Source: a bacterium (GTDB lineage Bacteria > Patescibacteriota > Saccharimonadia > Saccharimonadales > Saccharimonadaceae). Taken from it: a stretch of 38,845 nt of DNA. This document shows positions 24,436-33,816 of this stretch, piece by piece (position 1 is the first letter of the stretch; each line of letters starts with the position of its first letter). Both the position numbers and the translations under genes were made by a program. Where the stretch lies: positions 1-38,845 of the forward strand of contig JAJXYZ010000042.1 of the NCBI GenBank assembly GCA_021780305.1. Direction: 5' to 3'. The notes below the pieces were generated by a model, which was not told the origin of the DNA, did no database searches, and worked only from the letters and a program-made list of their open reading frames with translations.

Positions 24436-25305
24436 ATGAGTGGGCAATTAACGATCGGGCAGCTTGAACAAAAGGCCAATGATATTCGCGAAGACATTAT
24501 TCGGATGCTTGAAGCAGCCGGCAGTGGTCATAGTGCTGGTCCATTAGGTCTAGCCGATATTTTTGCGGCGCTCTATTTTAATATCCTAAATCTTGACCCT
24601 AAAAATCCCGAGTGGTCTGATCGCGACATTTTATTCTTAAGTAATGGCCATACTATTCCAGTTCAATATGCGGCAATGGCGGAAGCTGGTTACTTTGAAA
24701 AAGAAGAGCTTTTGACACTACGCAAACTCGGTAGCCGACTACAAGGACATCCTGAGAGGGAGCGTTTACCGGGCTTGGAAAACACTAGCGGCCCACTTGG
24801 TAGCGGTTTGTCGCAAGCAGCTGGCTATGCCTACTCGATGCAATATATGGATAATATCAAGCACCGATTTGTTTATGTCGTAATGGGTGATGGCGAACTG
24901 GATGAGGGTAATGTTTGGGAAGCAGCGATGTTTGCCGGAAAGTACAAATTATCCCAACTAGTGGCGATAATCGATCGTAACAATATTCAGATTGATGGTA
25001 GCACCGAAGATGTAATGCCGCTCGAGGATCTGCGTGGCAAATGGGAATCATTTGGTTGGCATGTTCTTGAAATCGATGGGCATAATATTGAAAGTATGAT
25101 TGATGCGGCTAGTATGGCGCGGGCAATTACGAATCGTCCAAGTGTGATTATTGCGCATACAATACCTGGTAAAGGTGTTGATTTTATGGAATACGACTAT
25201 AAATGGCATGGCGTGGCGCCAAATAGTGACCAGGCCAAAGAAGCACTTAAGAAATTGCGGACACTTGACGGCAAGATTACGTTTGAAGGGGCAGGCTTAG
25301 AATGA
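24436..25305 (+). CDS. Transketolase, N-terminal (TPP-binding) subunit
   Basis: 'GSGHSAGPLGLADI', 'SNGHT', 'GPLGSGLSQAAG' and 'GDGELDEGNVWEA'. Split-gene form. Confidence 0.92.
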   Translation: MSGQLTIGQLEQKANDIREDIIRMLEAAGSGHSAGPLGLADIFAALYFNILNLDPKNPEWSDRDILFLSNGHTIPVQYAAMAEAGYFEKEELLTLRKLGSRLQGHPERERLPGLENTSGPLGSGLSQAAGYAYSMQYMDNIKHRFVYVVMGDGELDEGNVWEAAMFAGKYKLSQLVAIIDRNNIQIDGSTEDVMPLEDLRGKWESFGWHVLEIDGHNIESMIDAASMARAITNRPSVIIAHTIPGKGVDFMEYDYKWHGVAPNSDQAKEALKKLRTLDGKITFEGAGLE

Positions 25306-26297
25306 GTTACCAACTACAAACCGATGTTTATAACGATGATGTTAAATTAGAGCCAATTCGAGCTGGTTTTGGTCGCGGTTTAAAAGCTGCTGGGGCTGCT
25401 AATGATAAAATTGTGGCACTTTGTGCAGATTTAACAGAAAGTACCCAAATGCATCTTTTTAGGGATGAATTTCCTTCGCGTTTTGTGGAAGTTGGTATCG
25501 CTGAACAAAACTTGGCGGCGGTTGCTTCTGGTCTAGCTCGAGCTGGTAAAATTCCGTTTGCTAGTAGTTATGCTGCCTTTAGTCCTGGGCGGAACTGGGA
25601 GCAAATTAAGACAACTATCGCGATTAACAATCAACCGGTTAAGATTATCGGTAGCCATGCTGGTGTAAGTGTTGGACCGGACGGTGCGACACACCAGATG
25701 TTAGAAGATATTGCATTGATGCGCGTTATGCCAAACATGGTGGTGATTGCACCCGGTGACAGTATTGAAGCCGAAAAAGCGACTTTAGCGATTGCAGAAA
25801 ATGGTAAACCAAGTTATTTGCGCCTAGCCCGCGAGAAGTCACCGATTTTTAGCACCGAAGACTCACCGTTTGAAATTGGCAAGGCATATATTTTGCGTGA
25901 TGGCTATGACGTTAGTTTGCTTGGTACTGGAGCTATGAGCTACCAGTTACTTAAAGCTGCTCATTTATTAGAATCACTTGGGATTAATGCCGAAGTTGTG
26001 CACGTACCGACTATCAAACCACTTGATGAGGCAACGATTCTAGCTAGTGTTAAGCGATGCGGTCGAGTAATTACAGCCGAAGAAGCGCAAGTAAAAGGTG
26101 GCTTTGGTGGCGCGATTGCCGAGCTATTATCTGAAAAGATACCAACACCACTTAAGCGAATTGGTATGCAGGACCGTTATGGTGAAAGTGGCGAGCCAAA
26201 TGAGCTGCTCGACTACTTTGGTTTAAACGCTGAAAAAATGGTTGATCAAATTTCTGAATTTGTGCATAACACACCAAAATATCACCAAGAAAATTAA
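25302..26297 (+). CDS. Transketolase, C-terminal (pyrimidine-binding) subunit
   Basis: 'FVEVGIAEQN', 'GVSVGPDGATHQMLEDIALMR' and 'PTIKPLD'. ATGA overlap with the N-terminal subunit. Confidence 0.92.
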   Translation: MSYQLQTDVYNDDVKLEPIRAGFGRGLKAAGAANDKIVALCADLTESTQMHLFRDEFPSRFVEVGIAEQNLAAVASGLARAGKIPFASSYAAFSPGRNWEQIKTTIAINNQPVKIIGSHAGVSVGPDGATHQMLEDIALMRVMPNMVVIAPGDSIEAEKATLAIAENGKPSYLRLAREKSPIFSTEDSPFEIGKAYILRDGYDVSLLGTGAMSYQLLKAAHLLESLGINAEVVHVPTIKPLDEATILASVKRCGRVITAEEAQVKGGFGGAIAELLSEKIPTPLKRIGMQDRYGESGEPNELLDYFGLNAEKMVDQISEFVHNTPKYHQEN

Positions 26298-26306
26298 GGG
26301 GGCGCT

Positions 26307-27218
26307 ATGGGGCTAACGATTAATCAAATAAGAGACAATACGACACGAGCTAGGCATTTAATGCAACGTAGTCGAGCACAAGGCTTTGCGGTCGGCGCAT
26401 TTAATATTGATAACCAGGAAACCCTTATTGCAATTGCACGGGCTGCTCAAAAGTTAAGCGCCCCTGTTCTAGTAGAAGTCAGCGACGGTGAAGTTAAAGC
26501 AATTGGACTAGAGAATATTCGAGACATGGTTGATAACTATCGGTTGCAGTATGGTATCGAGATGTATATAAATTTGGACCATAGTCCGACCGTTGAAGAT
26601 TGCAAGCGTGCGATCGATGTTGGTTTCGAATTTATCCATATCGACATCTCGCAGGCTTCACATGATGCTTCGACTGAAGACATTATTGCTAAAACTAAAG
26701 AAGTTGTGGACTATGCGCGTTTTACGGGGGCGCTTGTCGAGAGCGAACCGCACTATTTTGGCGGATCATCGAATCTTCATACTGAAACTATCGACTATGA
26801 AGAAATAAAAAAGACATTTAGTACACCGGAAGGCGCCAAGAGCTTTGTTGATGCCACCGGTATCGACACTTTTGCAGCCGCTGTTGGTAATTTGCATGGC
26901 AAATACCCAGTTCCTAAGCAACTTGACCTAGAGTTATTGCAGTCAATTCGTAACTCAATTGATTGCCAAATTAGTCTGCACGGCGGTAGCGATACGCCAC
27001 TTCATTACTTTGAAGAAGCTGCTAAAATTGGGGTCAGCAAGATAAATATCAACAGTGACATGCGTTACGCTTACCGTAAAGAACTTGAAAAAGTTTTAGC
27101 TGAAAATCCGGACGAATATGCTGTCGTAAAATTAATGCCACAAGTTTATGCAGCCGTTCAGGCGGTTGTTGAAGAAAAAATCCAAGCTTTTGGTAGCGCT
27201 AATCGGGCGGTTATGTAA
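26307..27218 (+). CDS. fba: Class II fructose/tagatose-bisphosphate aldolase
   Basis: 'GFAVGAFNIDNQE', 'NLDHS', 'HIDIS', 'AVGNLHG', 'LHGGSD' and 'KININSD'. These are the metal ligands and motifs of class II aldolases. Confidence 0.88.
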   Translation: MGLTINQIRDNTTRARHLMQRSRAQGFAVGAFNIDNQETLIAIARAAQKLSAPVLVEVSDGEVKAIGLENIRDMVDNYRLQYGIEMYINLDHSPTVEDCKRAIDVGFEFIHIDISQASHDASTEDIIAKTKEVVDYARFTGALVESEPHYFGGSSNLHTETIDYEEIKKTFSTPEGAKSFVDATGIDTFAAAVGNLHGKYPVPKQLDLELLQSIRNSIDCQISLHGGSDTPLHYFEEAAKIGVSKININSDMRYAYRKELEKVLAENPDEYAVVKLMPQVYAAVQAVVEEKIQAFGSANRAVM

Positions 27219-27219
27219 T

Positions 27220-28185
27220 ATGGCAATACCGGTGATTGTAACAATTGGCAAGGCGACACAGGATGTTTTTTTGCTAAGCTCAAAATCATTTGTTCCGCAA
27301 ATTCATAAGGGTGTTTTATATGAGCAGTTGCCGCTTGGTCAAAAGCTGGATTTAGACGAAGTTGTTTTTACAACCGGCGGAAATGTTACTAATGCTGCGG
27401 TAACTTTTGCTCGGCAGAGTCTGCACAGTCAATATGTCTGGGCGATTGGCACAGACGTGGCTAGCAAGACTATTCTAAGTGATTTAGATAGTGAGGGCGT
27501 TGATACGAGCTGTGTTGTTCAGGACGAATCATATCGGTCGAGCTACTCGGTAATTTTACTTGCCAGTAGTGGCGAGCGTACAATTCTAAACTACCATGGC
27601 ACAAAACTGTTAAGCGACGGTAGTTTACTTGATTTATCTGTTTTAAAAAAGGCTGACTGGGTATATTTATCAGCGTTAGGCGACATGGCGCTACTTGAAA
27701 TGATTATTAGCAGTTGTGTTGATCACGGTGTTAAAGTGATGCTAAATCCGGCAAGCTCGGAGTTGAATGAAATCGAAAAATTAAAAACTCTTTTAGAAGA
27801 TGTTGAAATTTTGATTGTCAATAAAGAAGAAGCTCAGCAGATTGTTGAAGGACAAACTATCGAAGAGCTAGCCCGACATGCGACTAATTATTGCCCTGTG
27901 GCTATTGTCTCGGATGGTCCCAACGGTGCGGTTGTAACCGACAAAAAGACGATAATAAATGTCGGTATGTATGAGGATGTGCCGGTGGTTGATCGCACTG
28001 GTGGTGGTGACGCTTTTGGTTCGGGCTTTTTAAGCTATTGGTCCCAGGGCAAATCGCTCAAGGAGTCGATTATTTTTGCAAGTGCCAATTCGACATCAGT
28101 GGTTGGTAAAATTGGCGCCAAAGCCGGCATTTTACAGCGCGGCGCAAAGCTTCACGATATGCCTTTAACAGAGGAAGATTTTTAA
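27220..28185 (+). CDS. PfkB-family carbohydrate/nucleoside kinase
   Basis: The ribokinase fold ends with 'DRTGGGDAFGSGFL' (PfkB signature 2). Start set to ATG 27220, 1 nt after the fba stop; the track start 27148 overlaps fba. Confidence 0.8.
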   Translation: MAIPVIVTIGKATQDVFLLSSKSFVPQIHKGVLYEQLPLGQKLDLDEVVFTTGGNVTNAAVTFARQSLHSQYVWAIGTDVASKTILSDLDSEGVDTSCVVQDESYRSSYSVILLASSGERTILNYHGTKLLSDGSLLDLSVLKKADWVYLSALGDMALLEMIISSCVDHGVKVMLNPASSELNEIEKLKTLLEDVEILIVNKEEAQQIVEGQTIEELARHATNYCPVAIVSDGPNGAVVTDKKTIINVGMYEDVPVVDRTGGGDAFGSGFLSYWSQGKSLKESIIFASANSTSVVGKIGAKAGILQRGAKLHDMPLTEEDF

Positions 28186-28188
28186 AAA

Positions 28189-29697
28189 ATGGCAAAGTTT
28201 TTACAGCAGTTATTAAAAATTAATGAGCCAACGTTTAGTGTTGGTATGTCTCAGCTCGAAAAAGCGACCGGTTCTAGCGGTGTTGATACCCGCTTAATTG
28301 CTGATATTACTCATAAGGCGCACGATATTATGAGGCATCTTGGGTTAGACCCGGCCGATAGTACGGGTCGCGAACTTTATCAAGCACTAGTTAGTAGCGT
28401 TAAGCGCGGGACTTTCGAGAAACTGTTAGTTAATGCTGACTACGTCATGATGTCATTTGTCGGTGAACCTGTCTCATTTAACTTGATAGACGTAATTGAG
28501 AATGCGCATCACGAACTGACGTTCGAGCAAAGAATAATGAGCCATGGCCAACGTAGCCTACGTGGCGAAATAGTGCAGCGTTACTTGCAACATTCTAGCG
28601 TTGACGAGAGTGTGACGCTTGATGTTGCTAGTGAAACCGGTCTACTGCCAGAGACCGATAAATTGTACAAAGAATCAGAAGCGATATTTAAAGAGTCTGC
28701 GTCAGACACGCCTAGTGTTTTAGCGATTGGCGATATCTTTACAGACGCTTTTATTAAATTACGTGAAGATAAGGCGCGAATTGATACAGACCCAGACGGC
28801 AGTAAACGTCTGAGTATGGAATTTGGCTCAAAACCACCATATGAACAAGTTGATATAGTTCAAGCAGTTGGGCCATCGCCTAATGCGGCGGTTTCACTTA
28901 GTCGATTAGGGCTTAGGGTCGGGCTATTAGCCTTTCTGGGTGATGATCAACCCGGCAAAGATTCACTCACTAAACTACAGTCCGAGGGCGTTGATACAAG
29001 TATTATGTCGATTAAGCAGGGCATGAAATCGAACTATTATTATGTTCTGCGCTATGGAGCTGACCGTACGATATTAGTCAAGAACGAAAATTACGACTAT
29101 GTCTGGCGTGAACCAAGAGAGGTACCGGATTGGATATATCTATCATTGATTAGCGCCGCGTCATGGCAGCTACACGAAGATTTGTTGACATATCTGGAAG
29201 CTCATCCAGCAACGAAATTAGCGTTTCAGCCTGGAACTTTCCATTTTGAATGGGGTATCGATAAGCTGAGTCGCGTCTATAAACGTAGTTATATTGTGGT
29301 AATGAACCGTGAAGAAGCTGCCTTAGTTACCGGTAAAACTACTGAATCGGTGCGTGATTTAGCGCTTGCTCTCCACGAATTAGGTCCGCAAATTGTCGTC
29401 ATTACCGACGGTCCGGCAGGCTCTTATGTGTCGGGCGATTATAAGTTTTTGTCGATGCCAAATTATCCCGACCCAGCACCACCATACGACCGTACTGGGG
29501 CGGGCGACGCCTTTGCTTCGACAATCGTAGCGGCTTTGGCTTTGGGCGAAAGTCTCGAGACGGCTATGACGTGGGCCCCAATAAATTCAATGAGTGTTGT
29601 CCAAAAGTTAGGTGCTCAGGCTGGTTTACTAAATGCTACAGAGCTGAAGTCATACCTAAACAAAGCCCCCGACGACTATAAGATTAAGGAGTTATAA
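28189..29697 (+). CDS. PfkB-family kinase fused to an unassigned ~175-aa N-terminal domain
   Basis: Residues ~176-502 have the PfkB fold ('VLAIGDIFTDAF', 'DRTGAGDAFAST'). Residues 1-175 carry no motif I can recognise. Confidence 0.75.
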   Translation: MAKFLQQLLKINEPTFSVGMSQLEKATGSSGVDTRLIADITHKAHDIMRHLGLDPADSTGRELYQALVSSVKRGTFEKLLVNADYVMMSFVGEPVSFNLIDVIENAHHELTFEQRIMSHGQRSLRGEIVQRYLQHSSVDESVTLDVASETGLLPETDKLYKESEAIFKESASDTPSVLAIGDIFTDAFIKLREDKARIDTDPDGSKRLSMEFGSKPPYEQVDIVQAVGPSPNAAVSLSRLGLRVGLLAFLGDDQPGKDSLTKLQSEGVDTSIMSIKQGMKSNYYYVLRYGADRTILVKNENYDYVWREPREVPDWIYLSLISAASWQLHEDLLTYLEAHPATKLAFQPGTFHFEWGIDKLSRVYKRSYIVVMNREEAALVTGKTTESVRDLALALHELGPQIVVITDGPAGSYVSGDYKFLSMPNYPDPAPPYDRTGAGDAFASTIVAALALGESLETAMTWAPINSMSVVQKLGAQAGLLNATELKSYLNKAPDDYKIKEL

Positions 29698-29699
29698 AA

Positions 29700-30308
29700 G
29701 TGAGATATCAAATTTGTGTTTCTGGAGCAGCATCGGGCAGTACAGTCCAAGCTGCCCATCAATTAGCCTTTGATCTTGGTAAAGCAGTCGCTTCACGCGG
29801 CAAGACATTGATGACTGGCGCAACTGTCGGTTTACCGTGGTATGCCGCCAAAGGTGCCTTTAGCGTTGAGGGAAAACGAGGCATGTCAGTTGGTTTTTCG
29901 CCGGCGACATCTTTTCGCGAGCACGTAACGGTTTATAAGTTGCCAACTGTTGAGTTTGACTACATTAACTTTACGAGTATGGAATACGTTGGTCGTGATG
30001 TTCACTTGGTTCGCAGTAGCGATGCTGTTATTACAGTTGGTGGTCGTATGGGTAGTTTGCACGAATTCGCGACAGCATTAGAGAGTAAGAAGGTTTGTGG
30101 TGTCCTGCTTGGCAGTGGCGGCCTGGCTGATTATATTCCAACCTTATTAAAAAATGTCGAAGCGCCCGGTGCCAATGAAGTTATTTATGATACCGACCCC
30201 GATCGCTTGGTTCAAAAGGTAATTGATGCTTTAGACAAAAAATATATCGGATTTGAATACTATCCCGATGACCGTCATATTTCTGAAAACCGGTCTGGGA
30301 ACGGCTGA
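29700..30308 (+). CDS. LOG/TIGR00725-like (SLOG Rossmannoid) protein
   Basis: GTG start 2 nt after the upstream stop. Has 'ICVSGAASG', 'LMTGATVG' and 'AVITVGGRMGSLHEF' (compare the LOG PGGxGTxxE motif). Confidence 0.55.
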   Translation: MRYQICVSGAASGSTVQAAHQLAFDLGKAVASRGKTLMTGATVGLPWYAAKGAFSVEGKRGMSVGFSPATSFREHVTVYKLPTVEFDYINFTSMEYVGRDVHLVRSSDAVITVGGRMGSLHEFATALESKKVCGVLLGSGGLADYIPTLLKNVEAPGANEVIYDTDPDRLVQKVIDALDKKYIGFEYYPDDRHISENRSGNG

Positions 30309-30353
30309 ACTTCTAAATAGCCGACTTATCCAGATACGCTATAATAAGTATTG

Positions 30354-32336
30354 ATGAGTCAACAATTTCGCCTGGAAACGCCATATCAGCCGACTGGCGA
30401 TCAACCAACGGCTATCCGTCAACTAATTGACGGGCTTGATAAAGGTGAACGTGAGCAGACTTTACTTGGAGTTACCGGTAGCGGAAAAACCTTTACGATG
30501 GCGAATATTATTGCTAATCGTCAGGTTCCGACATTAGTTTTGGCGCACAATAAAACCCTGGCCGCCCAGCTTTATAGCGAGTTCAAGGCCTATTTTCCAG
30601 ACAACGAAGTTCATTATTTTGTGAGTTACTTTGATTACTACCAACCAGAAGCCTATATGGCTAGCAGTGATACGTATATTGAAAAAGACAGCAAGATTAA
30701 CGACGAAATTGACCGGTTGCGTCACGCCGCCACGATGGCTTTACTGACTCGGCGCGATACAATTATCGTGGCCAGCGTAAGCTGTATTTATGGTATTGGT
30801 TCGCCCGAGGACTACTCGGCGATGTCGATTACAGTTAAGTTAAATGAGCGTCGTCAGCAGGACAAGTTTATTCGCCTGTTAACCGACATTCAGTATCAAC
30901 GAAATGATATTGATTTTCACCGTGGAACATTTCGCGTTAAAGGTGACGTCGTGGATGTTTTTCCGGCTGGTAGTGATATCGCTTATCGAATTGCATTTTT
31001 TGGCGATGAGGTAGAGCGAATTACCCGAATGGATCCGCTGACTGGTGAAATCTTGGCTGAACCAAATGAAGTTAGTATCTTTCCAAGCAGCCATTATGTT
31101 ACACCCAAAGAGAAGCTGGTGGTCGCAATCGAGAATATTAAAAAAGAGTTTGCCGAGCGTCTGGAGTGGTTTGAAAAGAACGATAAGCTACTCGAAGCCC
31201 AACGTCTGGCCCAGCGAACTAAATACGATTTAGAGATGCTGGAAGAAACTGGTTTTGTCAAAGGTATTGAAAATTATAGTCGTTATCTGACAAATCGCGA
31301 ACCAGGTGAACAACCGGCGACACTGCTTGATTACTTCCCTGATGATTTTATGTTGATGGTTGACGAAAGTCATATGACTTTGCCGCAAGTTCGCGGTATG
31401 TATAACGGTGATCGCGCTCGTAAGGAAGTCTTGGTAGATTATGGTTTCAGGTTGCCATCGGCGCTTGATAATCGGCCGCTAACATTTTCGGAGTTTGATC
31501 GTCATATTAATAAAGCTATTTACGTCTCGGCGACACCCGGTGATTATGAACTGGCGCATAGTCCTGAACCAGCACAACAAGTAATTCGTCCAACTGGTTT
31601 AATTGATCCGGAAATTATCGTACGGCCAACTACAGGCCAAATCGATGATTTGGTGGCTGAAATCCGTGATCGCACTGCCAAAAACCAGCGCGTGCTAGTC
31701 ACTACACTAACCAAGCGGATGGCAGAAGACCTTACGACGTACCTGCAGGAAATTGATATCAAAACGGCTTATATTCATAGTGATGTTGATACCTTGGAGC
31801 GCGGCGATATATTAAAAGATTTGCGTCTTGGTGTTTACGACGTGTTAGTCGGTATAAATCTGCTGCGTGAAGGGCTGGATTTGCCCGAAGTCAGCTTAGT
31901 GGCTATTATGGATGCCGATAAAGAAGGATTCCTAAGGAGTGCTAATGCTCTGATTCAGACGATTGGCCGAGCCGCTCGTCATCTTGATGGTCAAGTTCTG
32001 ATGTACGCTGACAAGATGACCGATTCAATGAAGAAAGCGATTAGCGAGACTGATCGACGCCGTGGTATTCAGACGGCCTATAACAAGGAGCATAATATTA
32101 CGCCTGAAAGCATCGCAAAGGGTATTGATGAGGGTCTACGATCATTAATTCCGAAGAAGGCCGATGATTCGAAAAGACTTAATCTTAAAAAGATTCCACG
32201 CGATGAGTATCCAGCACTTGTTAAGGAATTAACCGGACAAATGGAATTTGCCAGTGCTAATTTAGAGTTTGAAAAAGCTGCCGAACTACGCGATCTAATC
32301 GCCGAAATCAATCAAAAGATTACCTCCCCAAAATAA
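30354..32336 (+). CDS. uvrB: Excinuclease ABC subunit B
   Basis: 'PTGDQPTAI', '[12 protein letters not shown]', '[12 protein letters not shown]', 'DESH' and a C-terminal UVR motif '[10 protein letters not shown]'. ATG 30354 preferred over TTG 30351. Confidence 0.95.
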   Translation: MSQQFRLETPYQPTGDQPTAIRQLIDGLDKGEREQTLLGVTGSGKTFTMANIIANRQVPTLVLAHNKTLAAQLYSEFKAYFPDNEVHYFVSYFDYYQPEAYMASSDTYIEKDSKINDEIDRLRHAATMALLTRRDTIIVASVSCIYGIGSPEDYSAMSITVKLNERRQQDKFIRLLTDIQYQRNDIDFHRGTFRVKGDVVDVFPAGSDIAYRIAFFGDEVERITRMDPLTGEILAEPNEVSIFPSSHYVTPKEKLVVAIENIKKEFAERLEWFEKNDKLLEAQRLAQRTKYDLEMLEETGFVKGIENYSRYLTNREPGEQPATLLDYFPDDFMLMVDESHMTLPQVRGMYNGDRARKEVLVDYGFRLPSALDNRPLTFSEFDRHINKAIYVSATPGDYELAHSPEPAQQVIRPTGLIDPEIIVRPTTGQIDDLVAEIRDRTAKNQRVLVTTLTKRMAEDLTTYLQEIDIKTAYIHSDVDTLERGDILKDLRLGVYDVLVGINLLREGLDLPEVSLVAIMDADKEGFLRSANALIQTIGRAARHLDGQVLMYADKMTDSMKKAISETDRRRGIQTAYNKEHNITPESIAKGIDEGLRSLIPKKADDSKRLNLKKIPRDEYPALVKELTGQMEFASANLEFEKAAELRDLIAEINQKITSPK

Positions 32337-32373
32337 ACTCAGGCTACGACAAAAACATAACCAGTTTTTACTA

Positions 32374-32402
32374 TTGCAAAATAACGACAACTATGCTATT
32401 AT
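32374..32402 (+). promoter_or_regulatory. Sigma-70-type promoter for the DEAD-box helicase gene (TTGCAA-17 nt-TGcTATTAT)
   Basis: -35 TTGCAA at 32374-32379, exactly 17 nt of spacer, then an extended -10 TGC-TATTAT at 32394-32402. This implies a leader of about 155 nt. Confidence 0.45.
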
Positions 32403-32564
32403 TTGTATATTGCATTCAATGAATGTCGAGTCTCTTTCGAAGATGTAGCGCCATACGAAAATAAAAATGCGCTTCCACTGAAATATCCCCTCGCTGTTCT
32501 GCCTCGCTTATATGGTGAGCTATAAGACTGCAAAACAGCAAACTAAACGAAAGGCCTATTTTTT

Positions 32565-33797
32565 ATGGCATATCAACAACGACGCTTCGGCGGTTCTAGT
32601 AATTCACGTCCCAGCGGTGGAAGCCGCGGCGGCTCTTTTGGCGGTGCTCGTCGAGGCGGTGGTTCACGTGGACCAGCTAAGAAGTACATTCACCCAAGTA
32701 AATTCATCAACAAGGCAACCTCAAAGGCTGACGAAGTTGTCTATGAATCAACCAATAAGTTTATCGACTTCCCGTTCGGTAACCAACTTAGTAACAACAT
32801 TATTAAAAAAGGTTACGAAATCCCAAGTGCGATTCAGGACCAAGCGATTCCTCATATTCTTGAAGGTAAAGATGTTATTGGTCTAGCCAACACTGGTACC
32901 GGTAAAACAGCTGCCTTCTTACTTCCGATTATCGAACGTCAAACTGGTGTTAATCTACGCCCAAGCGTACTGATTATTGCCCCAACCCGCGAGCTTGCCC
33001 AGCAAATTGATGAAGAGTTCCGTGCTTTCGCACAGGGCCTTGATCTTTACTCAGCGCTTATTGTTGGTGGCGTTAGCGTCGATCGTCAAATCCGCGATTT
33101 GAAGCGTCGTCCACACTTTATCATTGGTACGCCAGGCCGCTTGAAGGATCTTATGAATCGTCGTTTGATTCGCCTTGATAGTGTCAATACTTTGGTGCTT
33201 GATGAGGCTGACCGCATGCTTGATATGGGCTTCTTGCCTGATATCCGTGCGATTGTTAACGAAATGCCGGTTGAACGTCAGACGCTATTTTTCAGCGCGA
33301 CAATTACGCCCGAGATTCAGATGTTAGTTAATACTTTCTTAAAGAATCCAGTTACAATATCGGTTCGAACTAGTGAAACTAACGAACACATCGAACAAAC
33401 TGTTATTGAAGCCCGTGACAAGAACCACAAAGTTGAGCTGTTAACTGAAATGCTTCGTGGCAAAGATTACGAAAAAGTTTTGGTCTTTGGTGAAACTAAA
33501 TTTGGCGTCCAACGCCTTAGCGACCACCTTGATAACAGTGGTATTCCATCAGTTGCGATTCATGGTAACAAGAATCAATCACAGCGCCAACGTGCTTTAA
33601 AGCAATTTAAAGACGAACGTGTCCGCGTGATGGTGGCAACCGATGTGGCGGCTCGTGGACTTGATATTCCAAACGTATCGCATGTTATTAACTTTGACAC
33701 TCCTCAAAACTACGAGGACTACATTCACCGCATCGGCCGAACCGGTCGAGCTGGCGCAAGTGGCAAAGCTCATACATTTATCGATATCCAGCGCTAA
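32565..33797 (+). CDS. DEAD-box ATP-dependent RNA helicase with N-terminal RGG-rich tail
   Basis: Q-motif 'PSAIQDQAIP', 'ANTGTGKTAAF', 'PTRELA', 'DEAD', 'SAT', 'ATDVAARGLD' and 'HRIGRTGRAG'. Confidence 0.93.
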   Translation: MAYQQRRFGGSSNSRPSGGSRGGSFGGARRGGGSRGPAKKYIHPSKFINKATSKADEVVYESTNKFIDFPFGNQLSNNIIKKGYEIPSAIQDQAIPHILEGKDVIGLANTGTGKTAAFLLPIIERQTGVNLRPSVLIIAPTRELAQQIDEEFRAFAQGLDLYSALIVGGVSVDRQIRDLKRRPHFIIGTPGRLKDLMNRRLIRLDSVNTLVLDEADRMLDMGFLPDIRAIVNEMPVERQTLFFSATITPEIQMLVNTFLKNPVTISVRTSETNEHIEQTVIEARDKNHKVELLTEMLRGKDYEKVLVFGETKFGVQRLSDHLDNSGIPSVAIHGNKNQSQRQRALKQFKDERVRVMVATDVAARGLDIPNVSHVINFDTPQNYEDYIHRIGRTGRAGASGKAHTFIDIQR

Positions 33798-33816
33798 AGA
33801 CGTATTATTGATATTT

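Noticed and set aside
27148-27219. 24-codon N-terminal extension of the first PfkB kinase, overlapping fba
   Set aside because: It would overlap the fba 3' end by 71 nt in another frame. ATG 27220 sits 1 nt after the fba stop and yields a normal PfkB N-terminus ('MAIPVIVTIGKATQDVF').
32337-32564. Possible tRNA or known riboswitch in the largest intergenic spacer
   Set aside because: I found no cloverleaf, no T-loop GTTCGAATC-like box and no riboswitch core motif I recognise. I interpret it as promoter plus mRNA leader. A covariance-model scan (Rfam, tRNAscan-SE) should confirm this.
32512-32886. 124-aa ORF overlapping the start of the DEAD-box helicase in another frame
   Set aside because: It is out of frame with a helicase that carries every canonical motif. 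Its product is Ala/Val/Leu-rich with no features, probably the alternate reading of the GGN-rich RGG region.
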